A stretch of 60,566 nucleotides of DNA, filler included, from Hausera hauseri (Eukaryota), in the NCBI GenBank assembly GCA_046269625.1. It is 11 parts of 11 records of this genome, joined end to end, with 100 filler letters (N's around TTAATTAATTAA, not from the genome) between each part and the next. Parts side by side here need not be neighbours in the genome. Positions count along the whole stretch, not along the records: positions 33,258 to 39,798 come from JBJURY010075549.1; positions 39,899 to 44,814 come from JBJURY010392368.1; positions 44,915 to 51,241 come from JBJURY010112876.1; 8 more parts are not named here. The stretch is one strand, 5' to 3'. Positions 38,985-51,341 of the stretch are shown in pieces; the first letter of the stretch is position 1, and each line of letters opens with the position of its first letter. The notes under the pieces are model-generated. The model made no database searches. It had not been told where the DNA came from and worked only from the letters and a program-made list of their open reading frames with translations. Both the position numbers and the translations under genes were made by a program.

Positions 38985-39500
38985 CTGTTTACGCAGCAAT
39001 GCCAATCAATAGCGTCAGAAACAGAAATGGAAATATAATAATGATAAAGATACTAATGAGCAGCGATATTGAAACGTAGTGGATATTTGGGCTAGGTGGG
39101 GAAATGGTGTTGTCCGAAATTGGGTCAGGGAATTTTTTTTCTCGTGATACACCGACGCGTCACACGCAGCAAGTGATTCGCAAAACCATGAACGCCTTTG
39201 CCGTAACACATTTCAACCGGTCACATAAGGAGTTTTGTACACCTTTCTTCACCATTATAGTTATTTCAGATTATCATGCGTCCAGCTCGTATCGATAGAA
39301 TATTCCAATTTGTCAAATCTATCCAAATGTCATCCACATCAGAAAGTATGTCATTTGTGTGTATTGCCGACTCATTCAAAGTCTGCAGAGTTTGTTTGTA
39401 AGAGTCGTCATGTGAGAATCTGTTTGTTCAACGGAGATGAGGCAGTCAGTAACGTCCAAATTATTCGAGCATCCGTAACGGACAAGGACAAAAGGACGTG
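38985..39500 (-). pseudogene. Degenerate C-type lectin-like gene with hydrophobic C-terminus
   Basis: Pieces in shifting frames: DDIWIDLTN, SWTHDN/NNYNGEERC, RRSWFCE, then ISLLISIFIIIFPFLFL. Confidence 0.45.
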
Positions 39501-39898
39501 GAATTTTAATTCCAAGGTCATTTTATGGTTTGCCGAATATTCCAAAACGTTTTTCGAATGTTTAGAGTACGAAATCTCTCGATTTTTACGAACTATTCGT
39601 ACGGTATGAAGGGTTGCATAACAATTTGTATCTGTTACTCGAATTTTGTATGCTCGGTTTCAAATCGGTGAGTCATTCGGGCATTATTTCGTTTATGAAA
39701 TTATTTTAGTTTGGTAATTTTATAAAGAATCCAAAGTGAATTTTCCATATTCAAAATGAGCGAAATTTCAATCTGCATGCGGAGAGATTTCTTTCATGNN
39801 NNNNNNNNNNNNNNNNNNNNNNNNNNNNNNNNNNNNNNNNNNTTAATTAATTAANNNNNNNNNNNNNNNNNNNNNNNNNNNNNNNNNNNNNNNNNNNN

Positions 39899-40190
39899 TT
39901 ATCGAAAAGCGGACAGGCAAAACTCGTACTGACGTTTGTGGGCGGCGGTGGTGTCATTGATTCAGACTTTCGTGGTGAAATTAAGATGTTACTGGAAAAC
40001 TAATCCGGGGAACCGTATGCTTTTTCGAAAGGCAGTGCAATCGCACAAATCGTTTTTCTTCACTGTGGAGAATCGGAATTCAGTGTAATGTAACCGGAAC
40101 AATGGGGATTGTTTTGCGCCAATGAATCGACACGAAAAGAACGCAAAGAATTTGGCTTTGGTAATATGGACAAAACTACCTATGTTTAGT
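39899..40190 (+). pseudogene. dUTPase remnant (Polinton accessory gene)
   Basis: GGVIDSDFRGEIKMLLEN, KGSAIAQIVF, terminal R..FG. Confidence 0.85.
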
Positions 40191-40266
40191 GATTGTGATA
40201 TTAATAATATTAGTTAGTTCTTTTTATTGTGTTATAAACAAAAAATTATTTTGTACATGATAAGTA

Positions 40267-40751
40267 ATGGCGATAGGATTTATAGATATTGAAGCTTTCC
40301 AAAAGGTTAATGCCCGGTACATAATAAAGGAATTATAAATTATGGACGTCAGTAACATTTTCGAACCTCTTATATACATATTCAAGCCCGGTATTGTGTG
40401 GAAAGACAACGGAAAAGCAAAAATTACCAATGGATTTTTCTTTCGAAATCGTCATGGACTTCATTGGTATGAAAGCAATTCAACGTTTTGTGCACCGTGT
40501 ATTATGGGAGAGTTTTGAACATTGAAAACACAAAATTTTACATTAAAGATCAAATTGACAGACAAAAGCTTACACAACTCCATTCACAGTTTCCCGAGTT
40601 GCGAATGACGACATATTCAACAACAACATCGAACAACTCGCTGGCGGTGGTACCCGACAATATCCGATATTCGTATCGTGATCATGACCATTTTGTGCTT
40701 ACAAAAAATGTCTACGGCTTTGTATTGACTATGTTTCATGCAAATAAATAA
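40267..40751 (+). pseudogene. DEDD/DnaQ-like small nuclease of Polinton-like elements
   Basis: FIDIEAF...IIKEL...YIFKP...RHGLHWYE. Confidence 0.6.
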
Positions 40752-40856
40752 ATGTATTTCTCTGTTTCTTTTTTCTTTCTGTAAATAAGGTCCACCGTAT
40801 TGGTCAGTTGAATAATTCAAAACTATAAATACGGTTATGAAATAATATTAATCATC

Positions 40857-41341
40857 ATGGAAATAGTTATTCAACTGAAGCAATTGCAAAATTTGGATGG
40901 ATTGTCAATTTTAGACTTGGTATGATGGTGGCAAGTACTTGATAGTGAGCTGATTGCGAGAGCAGCAGGTGATTTTGGATTTAAAGAAGATTTAGCGTCA
41001 ATAGCAATGATGACAACAACGGATTGTAGCTCTATAGAAAATCTATTTATTGTATTAAATCAAATGTAATTCACCAATTGTACGACACAAATGACTTCAA
41101 TACTGTTGAAAAGGTACGCGGCAAATTAACGAACTTAAAAGACAAAATAATGGACAAAGAACAAGGCTGTTAGTTCATATTTGTACTATGTAAACAAAGA
41201 AAAGTTGATACGGTATTCTTAATGTGTGGCCTTCTCGTTGTTTGTCAAATGTTTTCCACTACCACCACCACCAAAGTAACCCACCAATGTCCAGAATGTG
41301 AATGTGCTATAATAGAAATTGTACACATTTATTACGAATGA
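40857..41341 (+). pseudogene. IAP/MDM2-type C-terminal RING protein remnant
   Basis: VLCKQRKVDTVFLMCGLLVVCQM...CPECECAIIEIVHIY. No BIR domain visible. Confidence 0.55.
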
Positions 41342-42284
41342 CTTCTTCAATAATGGAACAAAACAGTGTCATGGTCTTCAATGACGTGGAGGTAGTTTGT
41401 GTCATTGTGATATGAGACAATACTCACAAAGTATATATCTATTGTTTACAATGAAAACAAATCTTTGATATAAATATGGATGCAATTTCATTTCACGTTT
41501 GTCTTCTTTAAAATATATCTTTGAGAAACAATTCAACACGTGACAGTTCCGTGAGTTTCTCAAAGAATCCACGGTACAGCGAATATGTTCTCAGAAATTC
41601 CCGGTTGTATAATGGATACAAATTACATTATCTGCGCAACGCTATTCAATTGCCATTAAACCAAACAGTCAAAATAAGACAGGTAAAATATGGTCTACTG
41701 ATGAAAAAGTTCAGGGACGACGATTTGGATACAATGGAAGACACAATTAGAAAAGTTGACAGTGATTTGATGTTGAGTATCGATATCCGAGACACATCGT
41801 CGATTTTTCTCAAAGGAAATATGGAGAAAATTGTCAGTTCAAATGGTGGAGAAACAACAGCAGAAGTAGCAGTTTTGCCACCGGAAGGAGCTAAGGCTAC
41901 CTGACACTGAAGATCAAAGTATTCAAGGAATGGAGCGGCGTTAAATCCGCAATATGGAAAATGAGGAAGTTTACTATGATTTAACTGACTTACTTTGTGT
42001 GTTTTTGTGATTTTAGTTTTTCTCCGATTAATAAATAAATGTATTCATGTTACATATTTTGTTTTCTCGTACAAGGTTATTTACTTCTATCTTACTTAAT
42101 AATAATAGGATAAGTAAGCGAAAACAAAACACAAAAGACAATGAACAAAGCAGGTTATTAACATTAAAATAAAACAATGTACAAAAGATAATTATCCGGA
42201 ATTGTCACAATATTGAATTATCTGTATCTGATCTGATCTGATCTGATCTGACATCACCGAACGTGTTTTATTTCAACCTCCAAT

Positions 42285-44814
42285 GTCCATACGCCCAACT
42301 CTTATTTCGCCCCATCCACGTTCGCTTATCATCGTTACATGACAAATTGACTTTCGCACTAGTTATTATGGACAGCTGGTGCTCAGTTGATCGGAAGATC
42401 GTTTGAGACACAACAGTTCTTCATTGTCCTTCTTCTTCATAGATACGACGGTAATCAATGTGGTCGATTTCCGTCTGTCGTAGCTGAACTAATTTAGCGC
42501 GAATTTTCGGTCCACCGTCAGTTAAAATGCTATAACATTTTGGCCGTAGAAATATCCATTCCCGATACGGCACCCGACCTTCACTTTCATCCTTAAGGCA
42601 GCTCATCTTGTTGGTGATCGCACTGCTGTACAACGGCTGATTTGGTGGATAGTTGGATGTGTCCGGTAATCCATCTGACTGCATTTGCTGCAATAGCTGT
42701 TCGCAATTGACTTTTTTCAGCCGCAGGAAAAAACTGCCTGTGTCACCGGCAAATATACTAATGTTACAGCCGTCAAACATTTGCCGGTAACGTGCCAAAT
42801 TGCGATACTGTAGCTCATATCCGCAACTTGCTCAGATCCAATACCACTTGTCCTATGTAACTTGGCCGATCCAGAACGACTTCTTCCCGGTTTAAAAACA
42901 CCACAACCAATCCATCGGCAATGTACACTGACCGCCAAAACTGCGCCTTACTCGTGTACGTGACCAACCGCTTTTCGCTATTGCATAGGTGTACATTGAG
43001 CCGATTTTTCAGATTCTCCAATGTTTTTCCATACAGGGAATTGTTTTTCAGATTGCAGTAGTCCTTTTTCAACTTTGTACAAGTTGTGGTTCATTTCTCC
43101 GAATTTCCATCTATGTACGCCTTAAATGTGGGAGCCTAAGCAAATCGGATTGCACGATTCAGCTTTGTGACGAGTACACCGAGCTCCATGTAGAACTGTA
43201 ACAGGCGCCAATGGATTACGTAATTAAGCTTCGGTTCATGCGTCATGAGCAGTTTCTTAACTTTTGAACCTGACTGACATTGGTTAAATGGTGCGACCGG
43301 TAAATCGTCCTAAACGTCATACAGCTCATCTGGTACCACGAGATCGACTTCCATCAGGTATCCGACTGAGCCTGCAATGTCTGATCGTGGTAGGTTGACC
43401 ATTATGCCGTCCACATCTTGTCTGTCGACAACCCATTTGAATGAACAGTACGCAAATAGTTGTGAAAGCGCCCAGCCATACAGGTTATTAATATCAATAT
43501 ACAGCAGTGATGTAGTATCGGTAGCACGGATCTGATGCTTGTTGACAAATGTCATGCCGCCGTGAATACCAGCATCGAACAACCGGTACATTTCCGGGTC
43601 TTACAGCTGCTCAATGTCTCGATCCAGTGACATTAGAGCTGACACCCAACTCATTTCCGGTATGGAATAAAAGTTAAGTGGCTCCAGACTTTCTTCAGCC
43701 AACAATGCCTGGAATACATCGGCTAATAAATGCACGCCCAGTGTAAGATACTGGAGCATGTAATCCAACATGTTTCTACAGCCGAGCTCTGTCCAAGATT
43801 CTTGTGCTGTATGATATTCAAGTTCTGTGATGCCCTTCCATCGCGGCGGTAATTCCTCTGCTGTCCAGAGTCGCTCATACGACGTTGCAAAGTCAAATGG
43901 AAATATAACTTTGCTACGTGCAATATGTTCGAGGAACTGCGTTGAGGTTGTCGGCACATCCGGCAAGGCATTTACCAGCTTCGCCAGTGATTCATTCAGA
44001 AATTGGAATGAATCAAGGAAGCGTACCTGGAACTGGTTTATGCGTTCTGACAGGGACAGGTACTTTTCCATTGTTGTTGGGATTATGGACAGTTCCCAGT
44101 GCAGAAATCCGTTGATGGCCCATTTCAGTTTATGGTGAAAATCATAACCTCGGAAATTATGAAAGATGAACGATAGGAATGGCTGCACACGCCTCACTAA
44201 ATTGCATAAAGTACATGCTGCTGCCAAGTATCGACCAGTAAAATGGTCGTGATTCGGTACGAGCCGTTCCTGTGCATCAAACGGCAATATTTTTTTGGCA
44301 CAGACAACATTCCTCTGTGACTGCAAACGTCAGGCGTTCATCTTCATCTGTACAAATCAGGGGTTTTGTGCTGTTATTGCGATACCACAATGCAATTTCC
44401 GATTCATCTGTTGTTTCGATATGATGCAGGAAATCACGCACACAGTTCCAGCCGTGAAACATGTAATACTACGGTTGACCTGCAGCTTTTATTGGGACAA
44501 CCAATATTCCGACAGCAATTGGAACATGTTTTTGATCGTATACGTCGTTTCGTATGGTATTGCAAAATATCAGCATATATCACATGTTGGACTGTCCGTT
44601 TTAGACCAATCTCTTAATCGCAGATCCTTTTTGACTGGCATGTACATTGTTGTTCCTGATGCAATCTGTCAGCACAGCGTCACATGCGTTTTCCACGTGG
44701 TTTCTCATCTGAAGTCATGCAGACATGTAGGACACCATTTACAACGTATTTGTTTTTGGATAAACTGATGGTGATCCATGTCCCACAGTCGGTCCAAATT
44801 TGTTACGGACACGT
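42285..44814 (-). pseudogene. Polinton protein-primed DNA polymerase B, different family
   Basis: HDHFTGRYLAAACTLCNL, FHNFRGYD, RFLDSFQF, LYIDINNLYGWALSQ, LKNNSLYGKTLEN, AGDTGS, FLRPKCYS, DDKR...AYGH. Confidence 0.93.
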
Positions 44815-44914
44815 NNNNNNNNNNNNNNNNNNNNNNNNNNNNNNNNNNNNNNNNNNNNTTAATTAATTAANNNNNNNNNNNNNNNNNNNNNNNNNNNNNN
44901 NNNNNNNNNNNNNN

Positions 44915-45240
44915 ATCGATTGCTATATTCGGTAATTGTCTTAGTAAGTCACATTCTAACACTACATCATCTGTTAGTTGCTCAATTACTGAGAATTCAT
45001 GCCGAAAAGATTGTCTTATTATGTGAATTTCTGGTTTCCATCGGAATTTACTCTTCGAGGATTGTCCAAAAGCTCCAATGCTTCCTGGATCCGTCGTAGG
45101 AGGCGAATACAATTGTTTCCGTAGGAATTACGGTATTGAATCATATTTTATCAACGATATTTCAGATCCTGTATCTATTAATGCGTAAACCTTCCAATTT
45201 TCCAATTGAATTTTGGGTTGTCGTATCGTAGACACTCTGT
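44915..45240 (-). pseudogene. Retroviral-type aspartic protease
   Basis: VYALIDTGSEISLI (DTG at 45167-45175) and FSVIEQLTDDVVLECDLL (ILGxD-like). One internal stop. Confidence 0.88.
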
Positions 45241-45889
45241 AGCCGTTGATGGTAACTTCAGTGGTTCCAACTGGCTGATCTATTAATTGTCTTAGCTCTC
45301 CAATTGGGTATAGTTCGTTATTCGTACCATTCGCGTTTTCTACAGCTTGGCTTCTAACTGGCGGCTAAACATCTTGGTTTCGGAGATCGCGTGTCTCACA
45401 ACTTCTGGTAAATAGTGACTGCGTTTCATTTTGTCTAGGTACTTTAGGTAAATATATTATACCGTGATCGTCGACTGCTGAGCGGCGATGTGGGATAAAC
45501 GTTCTCTCTATTTTGTAGATCTTGCGCAATATCCCGTAGCGTTTTGTTCCTTTGTAGGGATCTTCTATGTTAAATGGCTTCCGACAGGCGTCTGTCTGAC
45601 AAGAGCTCATAGATTGTTTCTCGCAATCTTCATGTATAGGTGCCGTTGGTGGCAATATTGGTAATGGTAATTTTATAACAGAGTATTTTTTGTGCCTACT
45701 CGGCCTGGTGATAATGTTTCCTCCCTTAGGCTCGTCATCATCCGAATTATTTCTTCGTGTCTTAGCATTTATAAATTTTTGCCTGTAGTCGAATATACCT
45801 CTTTTCCGTTTTCGATTATGGTAGCCAACATGTCGTTCTACATTTGTTTTCCATTTACTCTCTTCATAAGCCTTTAAGAATTTGCCGAA

Positions 45890-47730
45890 AGGAGTAATAA
45901 TAGCCGTTAAAATTTTGCACGAAAATCATGTTAGGGTAAATATCTCATATCCATTTATGATTGACTAAATTATAGCTTTTACCAATTGAATTAAAAAATA
46001 TATCGCTAGAAATCCTGACGCGGCTTGTCCGAATATCAGGAATCTTCTCCAAATTTTGTATAATATTTCTGTAGTTACTTTCTTATAATAACCAACACCA
46101 AGTAATGACTCCCATTTTGCTTGGTAACGCGAGTCACCTAATATTGTGTGCACTGCTCGATTCAGTTCGTGCGTACGTTGACGAGGAAAAGCGAGAAATT
46201 GTCGGAACGCCTCTACTTCTTTTGGTCGGTAAATGCCTTTCGCGGCTGTGTCCTGAAATTTATCGTCAGTTATTCCCTTTATTAAGTTCGTTTCTGTCAA
46301 CTTGGCAGGTGGCGCGATAAAGCCACCGTTCAATAAACTTACATAGTCGGTCTTGCTACGTCTGAACATCGGTTCTCCTAAGCTAGTTTTACAGTCTCTA
46401 AAGATTGTCGATTGAGTGGCATTTGCCAACAACACTCTGGTAATTGGCGTTGCTAATATCGGTACGTCTTAATATATCACTGGGAGTTCTTGTATACATC
46501 TCTTTTTTCCACATTAATCGGTATGTCCTTTTTCTCGCACTCATACGTCAATAGGACGTCTCCGGTTACTCGTCCAAAAACACCTTCCTTAATCGGAATT
46601 ATTGCTGATGCCAACTCGGGATTTGCATATATTAGAGCTAGTTTAGTTCTCATGATTTCCAAGTCCAATTTACAGTCGTTCGTTATCATTTTGTGATATA
46701 ACTCTGTTATTCCGGATTGTCCTTTATAGTAGAAATAGTCGTCTCTCTTTTTTATATAATCCTCGATTCGAATGTCTTGAGTCTCCAGTTTAAACTTTCT
46801 AGTGTTTATTTCTGTCTCAGCTACAAAGAATGCCTCATAATTTTTGCCATACTTTATGACATCGCATCTTGTGAGTACATCTTTTTTTACAAACTTTAGT
46901 CCATGAGTGTCAGAAATCAGTATAGTAGGTGTGGACTGTTCTGCTACCTCTTCTCGTGTCTTAGAATTATTTTCTGTACTACTTATGTATTGTTTCCCTG
47001 TCGTTTCATTGAACTTAAGTTCTTTAATTCTGATAAAATTACAATCGGTCTTGGCTAGGGGTTCCCAAATTACTACAGAACTTCGAAACGGACATGTGCC
47101 ATCCTGAATGTGGCACTTGTGGTTTTCTGTGTAAAGCTTTGTAACGCTATGGAACATCACCTTTTGTACGCGCATTTCGGTTTCATAAAAGTCTAGTACT
47201 ACGACGTTCGATTCTAGTCCTTTCGCGGTGTCGTATTTGGCAGCTTGACAATGCCCGGTGTGCATATCCAACCTTCCTACCGCTACTTTATACACTCTGA
47301 TTATTTTCCCTTGTTGCATTTCTAATTCCATGCCGTCCCATTTTATTATTCCCGTTTCTCTAGCTTGCTTACAATGTTGTCGTTCTAAATTCATCGGAAT
47401 TGGTGGCGTTGTCGGTTTGATTATTGATGAGTGTCCATGTATCAGCCCGGTTTGATTATTGATGAGTGTCCATGTATCAGCCCACAATGAAAGATGCTGC
47501 GAGATCGTCGCAACATACATTTTACCCCATCTAGGGTAAGTAGTTTGCGTTGTTGATATAATATATAACTTTTCTCTTTTGTTTCTAATCTGTGGGGCCT
47601 CGCATCTTCGCACATTTCCAAGTCCATTAACGAATATTTTTGGCCAAGTCTGAATTTGTCACAATCGTATACTGTGACTGCGCCTATTTGTTTTATCAAC
47701 ATCATCATGGTCAGAAAGTTTATTAGCCAA
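45890..47730 (-). pseudogene. Chuvirus-like (class III/gB-type) envelope glycoprotein with internal signal peptide and C-terminal TM
   Basis: VYDC, SL.D.E.C, C..RRSRSIFHCGL..HS, C..ARETG, G.C, C...DG.C...VIW, G.FG.VTGDV...YEC, FGQAASGFLAIYFLIQLVK.II.SIING. A 35-bp duplication at 47413-47482 and other lesions. Confidence 0.85.
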
Positions 47731-50700
47731 TTCGATTCGTTTCCTTTGCGATTTCCAGTTACATTTTGTAGCAGTTCTCCAAATCTGTTATTATCGAAGA
47801 AAGATCCATTTTGATGTTCTTCCTCTTTTTCGAATAATTTAGACTAGTTCACCTCTCGAGGTATTTTCCTGGCAGCCTTTTTTGCCAAACTAGTAGCTTT
47901 TTTAAATGAATTTTCTCGATTTTGGTTAGTTTTGATGGCCAGATATAGCAGTACTTTTCTTAATTCTTCTATGGTATTTTCCACCATAATTTTTTCAATT
48001 ATCATTTCATCGCTTAAGGTACTTCTGGATAATTTACACCGGAGGCTTTTCATGGCCATGGCGGCATTTAATATGGCCTTCTCTTTCTCATCCAATATAT
48101 CACCGCTGAGGCTAGAGTGGTTTACTATTTGTATCAAATCTTTCATCAGTTCGTTTAGTTCCTCATTATCCGCACTACCGGTCGGTATGGACATCTGCCT
48201 CAATTCCCTAATTAAGTCTCCATTATAGTTGATTTCTTCTCGTATCTTCCGTGACCTACCGACAGGATGCTTCTGTTTTATTACAACAGGTATACTGCCA
48301 TCGATCGGTAATAAATTTTTATCATATTGCTCATTACCTTCATCTGTTTGTAGGTACTCGAAATATACTGCTGCATCTCGGACTCCTATTATTCGTCCTA
48401 CATGTTGTTCTGCTTTAGCCTTCCTTATAGCCTCCTCTGTTGTTTCGTCGATAGCGGTGGTTATCACCAACCGGTTCACTTCACACGGAATAATTTCGAC
48501 TTCTATTAATAGTTCCGACTCGTCCAGTATCCTTTCTCTAAAATAAAATCTATAACTCAGCTCATGGGCGTATCCATTGTTCTTTATCCACAGTAATACA
48601 TCCTTTGCAAGGGAGCGCGTAGTGAACTTTTGCTCCTTTTCGCCCATCCAGTCTGATACTATCGTTACTGGGATCATTTCCTCTGCCTTTGCCTTTAAAA
48701 TTTTAGCATATTCCTTAAGTAAAAGCATAGTTACCGTACTAGAAATCGTATCTTGGCTAGCTAATTTAGTTAAAGTGGGAACTAGGTGTCTTAGTTGATT
48801 TTCAGTGAGGTTCACTTCAATTAAATGAATTAAATCTTTCTCGGTTTGTACCGGGTCCAGAAGCATTTCGACGTTAAACCTTTGGTCCGGAGAATATACC
48901 TCCATTTCCTCCAATCGTATTGGAGTTTTCGGATTCTCGGCAATTATTGAGTTTAAATAGGCCTCCCAATCTGGTTCATTTTCATTATCTGGTGGTTGAT
49001 AGCTCCTTGACAGTATGTCATTTGGCCTGTCTACACTTGGTGGCCATGTAGTTGCTCTGAGTTCTTGTAGTTTCTGTTGCATTTGGACAATTTTCGTTGT
49101 TCGGAAACATCGTCCATTAGCGGACGTTTGGTGGAGCAGTGTTAACAACGAACATAATTCTTCGGGTAAAATTAGCCCTTTTCTTGATATTTCGTTAGCT
49201 CAGACGTGACATCTCTTTGCCATGTTTGAATGAACAGTGACTTGTCAGCTTTATCGGCTTTTATAAAGGCGTATTTGCTTTTATAGACTTCGAGTTCTTT
49301 AGCCAGTTCGTCTAATCTCATCGCTCTCTGTTTCGTCTTAATGCAAGTTTCTTAGACTTGCTGTATCTGCTGTAACAATTGTCTTAGCTTCTCGTCGCTA
49401 ATTTCTGCCATTTCTGCCATCAATAGTGCTAATTCGTGCATCTCGTTAATACTCTTTGAATCCGGATCTATCGCATCTAATAATTTTTTTACAAACTTGA
49501 TCTCTTCGAAACTAAGGTGATGGTCGTTCTTTATTTTAATTAGTTCAGTATGAAGTCTCTGATCCGTTCCGTCCATCCATCCTTGTAAGAATTTCACCAT
49601 TTCTTCAACGATCGACCGATATTCGGGACAAAAGTCCAAGGTTTTAAGATCTCGGATCGACATTTCCTCGATAGGCTTGGCTGTCAAATACCGTATCCCT
49701 TTTAAACGGACATCTCTCAATCGCGGATAGAAATCGCAAGTCGCATTCCGTTTCCTCATGAAGTTTGTTTCTTCGATCATCTTATATATATCCTCTAGTA
49801 TCAGCATCTGTTGTTTCCTTTCCATAAAATCTAATTGACGCAGCGTCTCGAATTGGGTTCGGATGTCAATTTCTCCTCTCATTGTATCTAGATTTCGGGC
49901 GTCTTACTCTAATTGCTTCTTCACTGTAGTCTCGCTCTCCGGAAATTCGTTTTTTCGACTGTTTATCAATTCACTCAACCTTGTTATTACTTTGGACCAT
50001 TCGTTCAACTGATTAGCGATTTTTGGCTTTGCCAATATCGCTTTATCTAACAGTTTGCGAGCGTCTTCTAGCTCATCATCTGGACCTTTAATAAAATCAA
50101 TGACCCAACAGGCGTAATCGAACTCGTATTTATATTTGTCAAATTCGAGGATACAAACCAGAATTATTTTCTGTGCCTCATTATTAGTCGGTTGCATAAT
50201 CCTGTTCCTTAGACCATATATCTGGAATTGTTTTTCGGCTTCAATTTTAATACGATTCTCCAGATTTGTATATTGCTTGGAGGCCGTCGAAGCGATCTTT
50301 ATCATTTCCGTTAAGGGTGGAATACCTATCGGATCTATGCCCAACATCTCTAAGTCCTTTGCATCTTGTTTCTTGACCGGCTTCTTTTTTAGTTGCTCGA
50401 CTATAATGAATCTAATTACTTCCATGACACGCTCCAATTTACGTACTATTCTTTTTAATTTCGGGTTGGCTTTTAATGTATCTAGTAACGACTGGGCTTG
50501 ATTGATTCTAGTTTGAATGCTTTGGGTACTTTTATCCCACGTCTCCGGAAATTTCGTCTTACGTTTGATCCACCGTTCTAATTCACGTTTCCACTGAAAT
50601 ATCGTTTGTTTTGCCAATTCTTCGGGCTGATCTAAGTTTATAGCTTCACTTAGTTTTCCTTTACTACATAATTTCATATTTTTATATAGACTCTCTACAA

Positions 50701-51241
50701 ACTGTTCTTCCTTACCAGAAATATCCACTTGTTCGCTAATTACTTTGAGTTTCTCTAGGTTCTGTCGTAATACCTCTGGGGTGCGACAATTCTTCCTCAT
50801 TCTTTTTAACTCCTCTGCATCTTTCCACGAGCATTTAATTTTCCACTTTTTAGGATCGAGTTTCTCCTCTTGTTCTGTTTCCTCTTCGCTAGTGGGTAAA
50901 TGGCATGCGTCATTTATTTTATTTATAGATTTCGTCGGCTCATCCATTTCGCTTGGCGTAACTAAATTAATTTCCGGAACGCTCGATGCGCATTCCGCGT
51001 CGCTTTCTAACGCGATTTCAGTTTCTCTCCTTGTGCTCGACTTTTGCTTAAACATTGGGGATCTCGAACGATCCTTACGTTTTTGTCTCAATGATGGGCT
51101 ACGGCCTCTATTCTTGGTAATTTTAAGTATGTGGTTCAAGAAATTTTTCTTTTTCGTCGAACTCTGCCTCCTTAGTTACCGTTTTTATAGTATATTTGGG
51201 TTCTACATCCAAATCTGCTTCACCTGTGTCTTAGGCTTTTC
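47731..51241 (-). pseudogene. Accessory polyprotein region between Gag and Env (charged/helical part, HAT-like repeat, Ubl at about 48460-48677, AT-hook-like)
   Basis: ORFs of 411, 176 and 434 aa separated by stops or frameshifts. The 434-aa ORF is in frame with env across one stop that is Trp in the 10.9-kb copy. Confidence 0.75.
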
Positions 51242-51341
51242 NNNNNNNNNNNNNNNNNNNNNNNNNNNNNNNNNNNNNNNNNNNNTTAATTAATTAANNN
51301 NNNNNNNNNNNNNNNNNNNNNNNNNNNNNNNNNNNNNNNNN

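Noticed and set aside
41521-41960. Possible Crypton/DUF3504-like fragment (KVFKEW)
   Set aside because: Single short motif and no recombinase catalytic region.
42220-42250. (ATCTG)n run
   Set aside because: Ordinary microsatellite.
50136-51293. Plus-strand ORFs opposite the retroelement genes (also 5011-5529, 47932-48798, 54269-54778)
   Set aside because: Phe/Ser/Leu-rich antisense shadows of Lys/Glu-rich coding frames.
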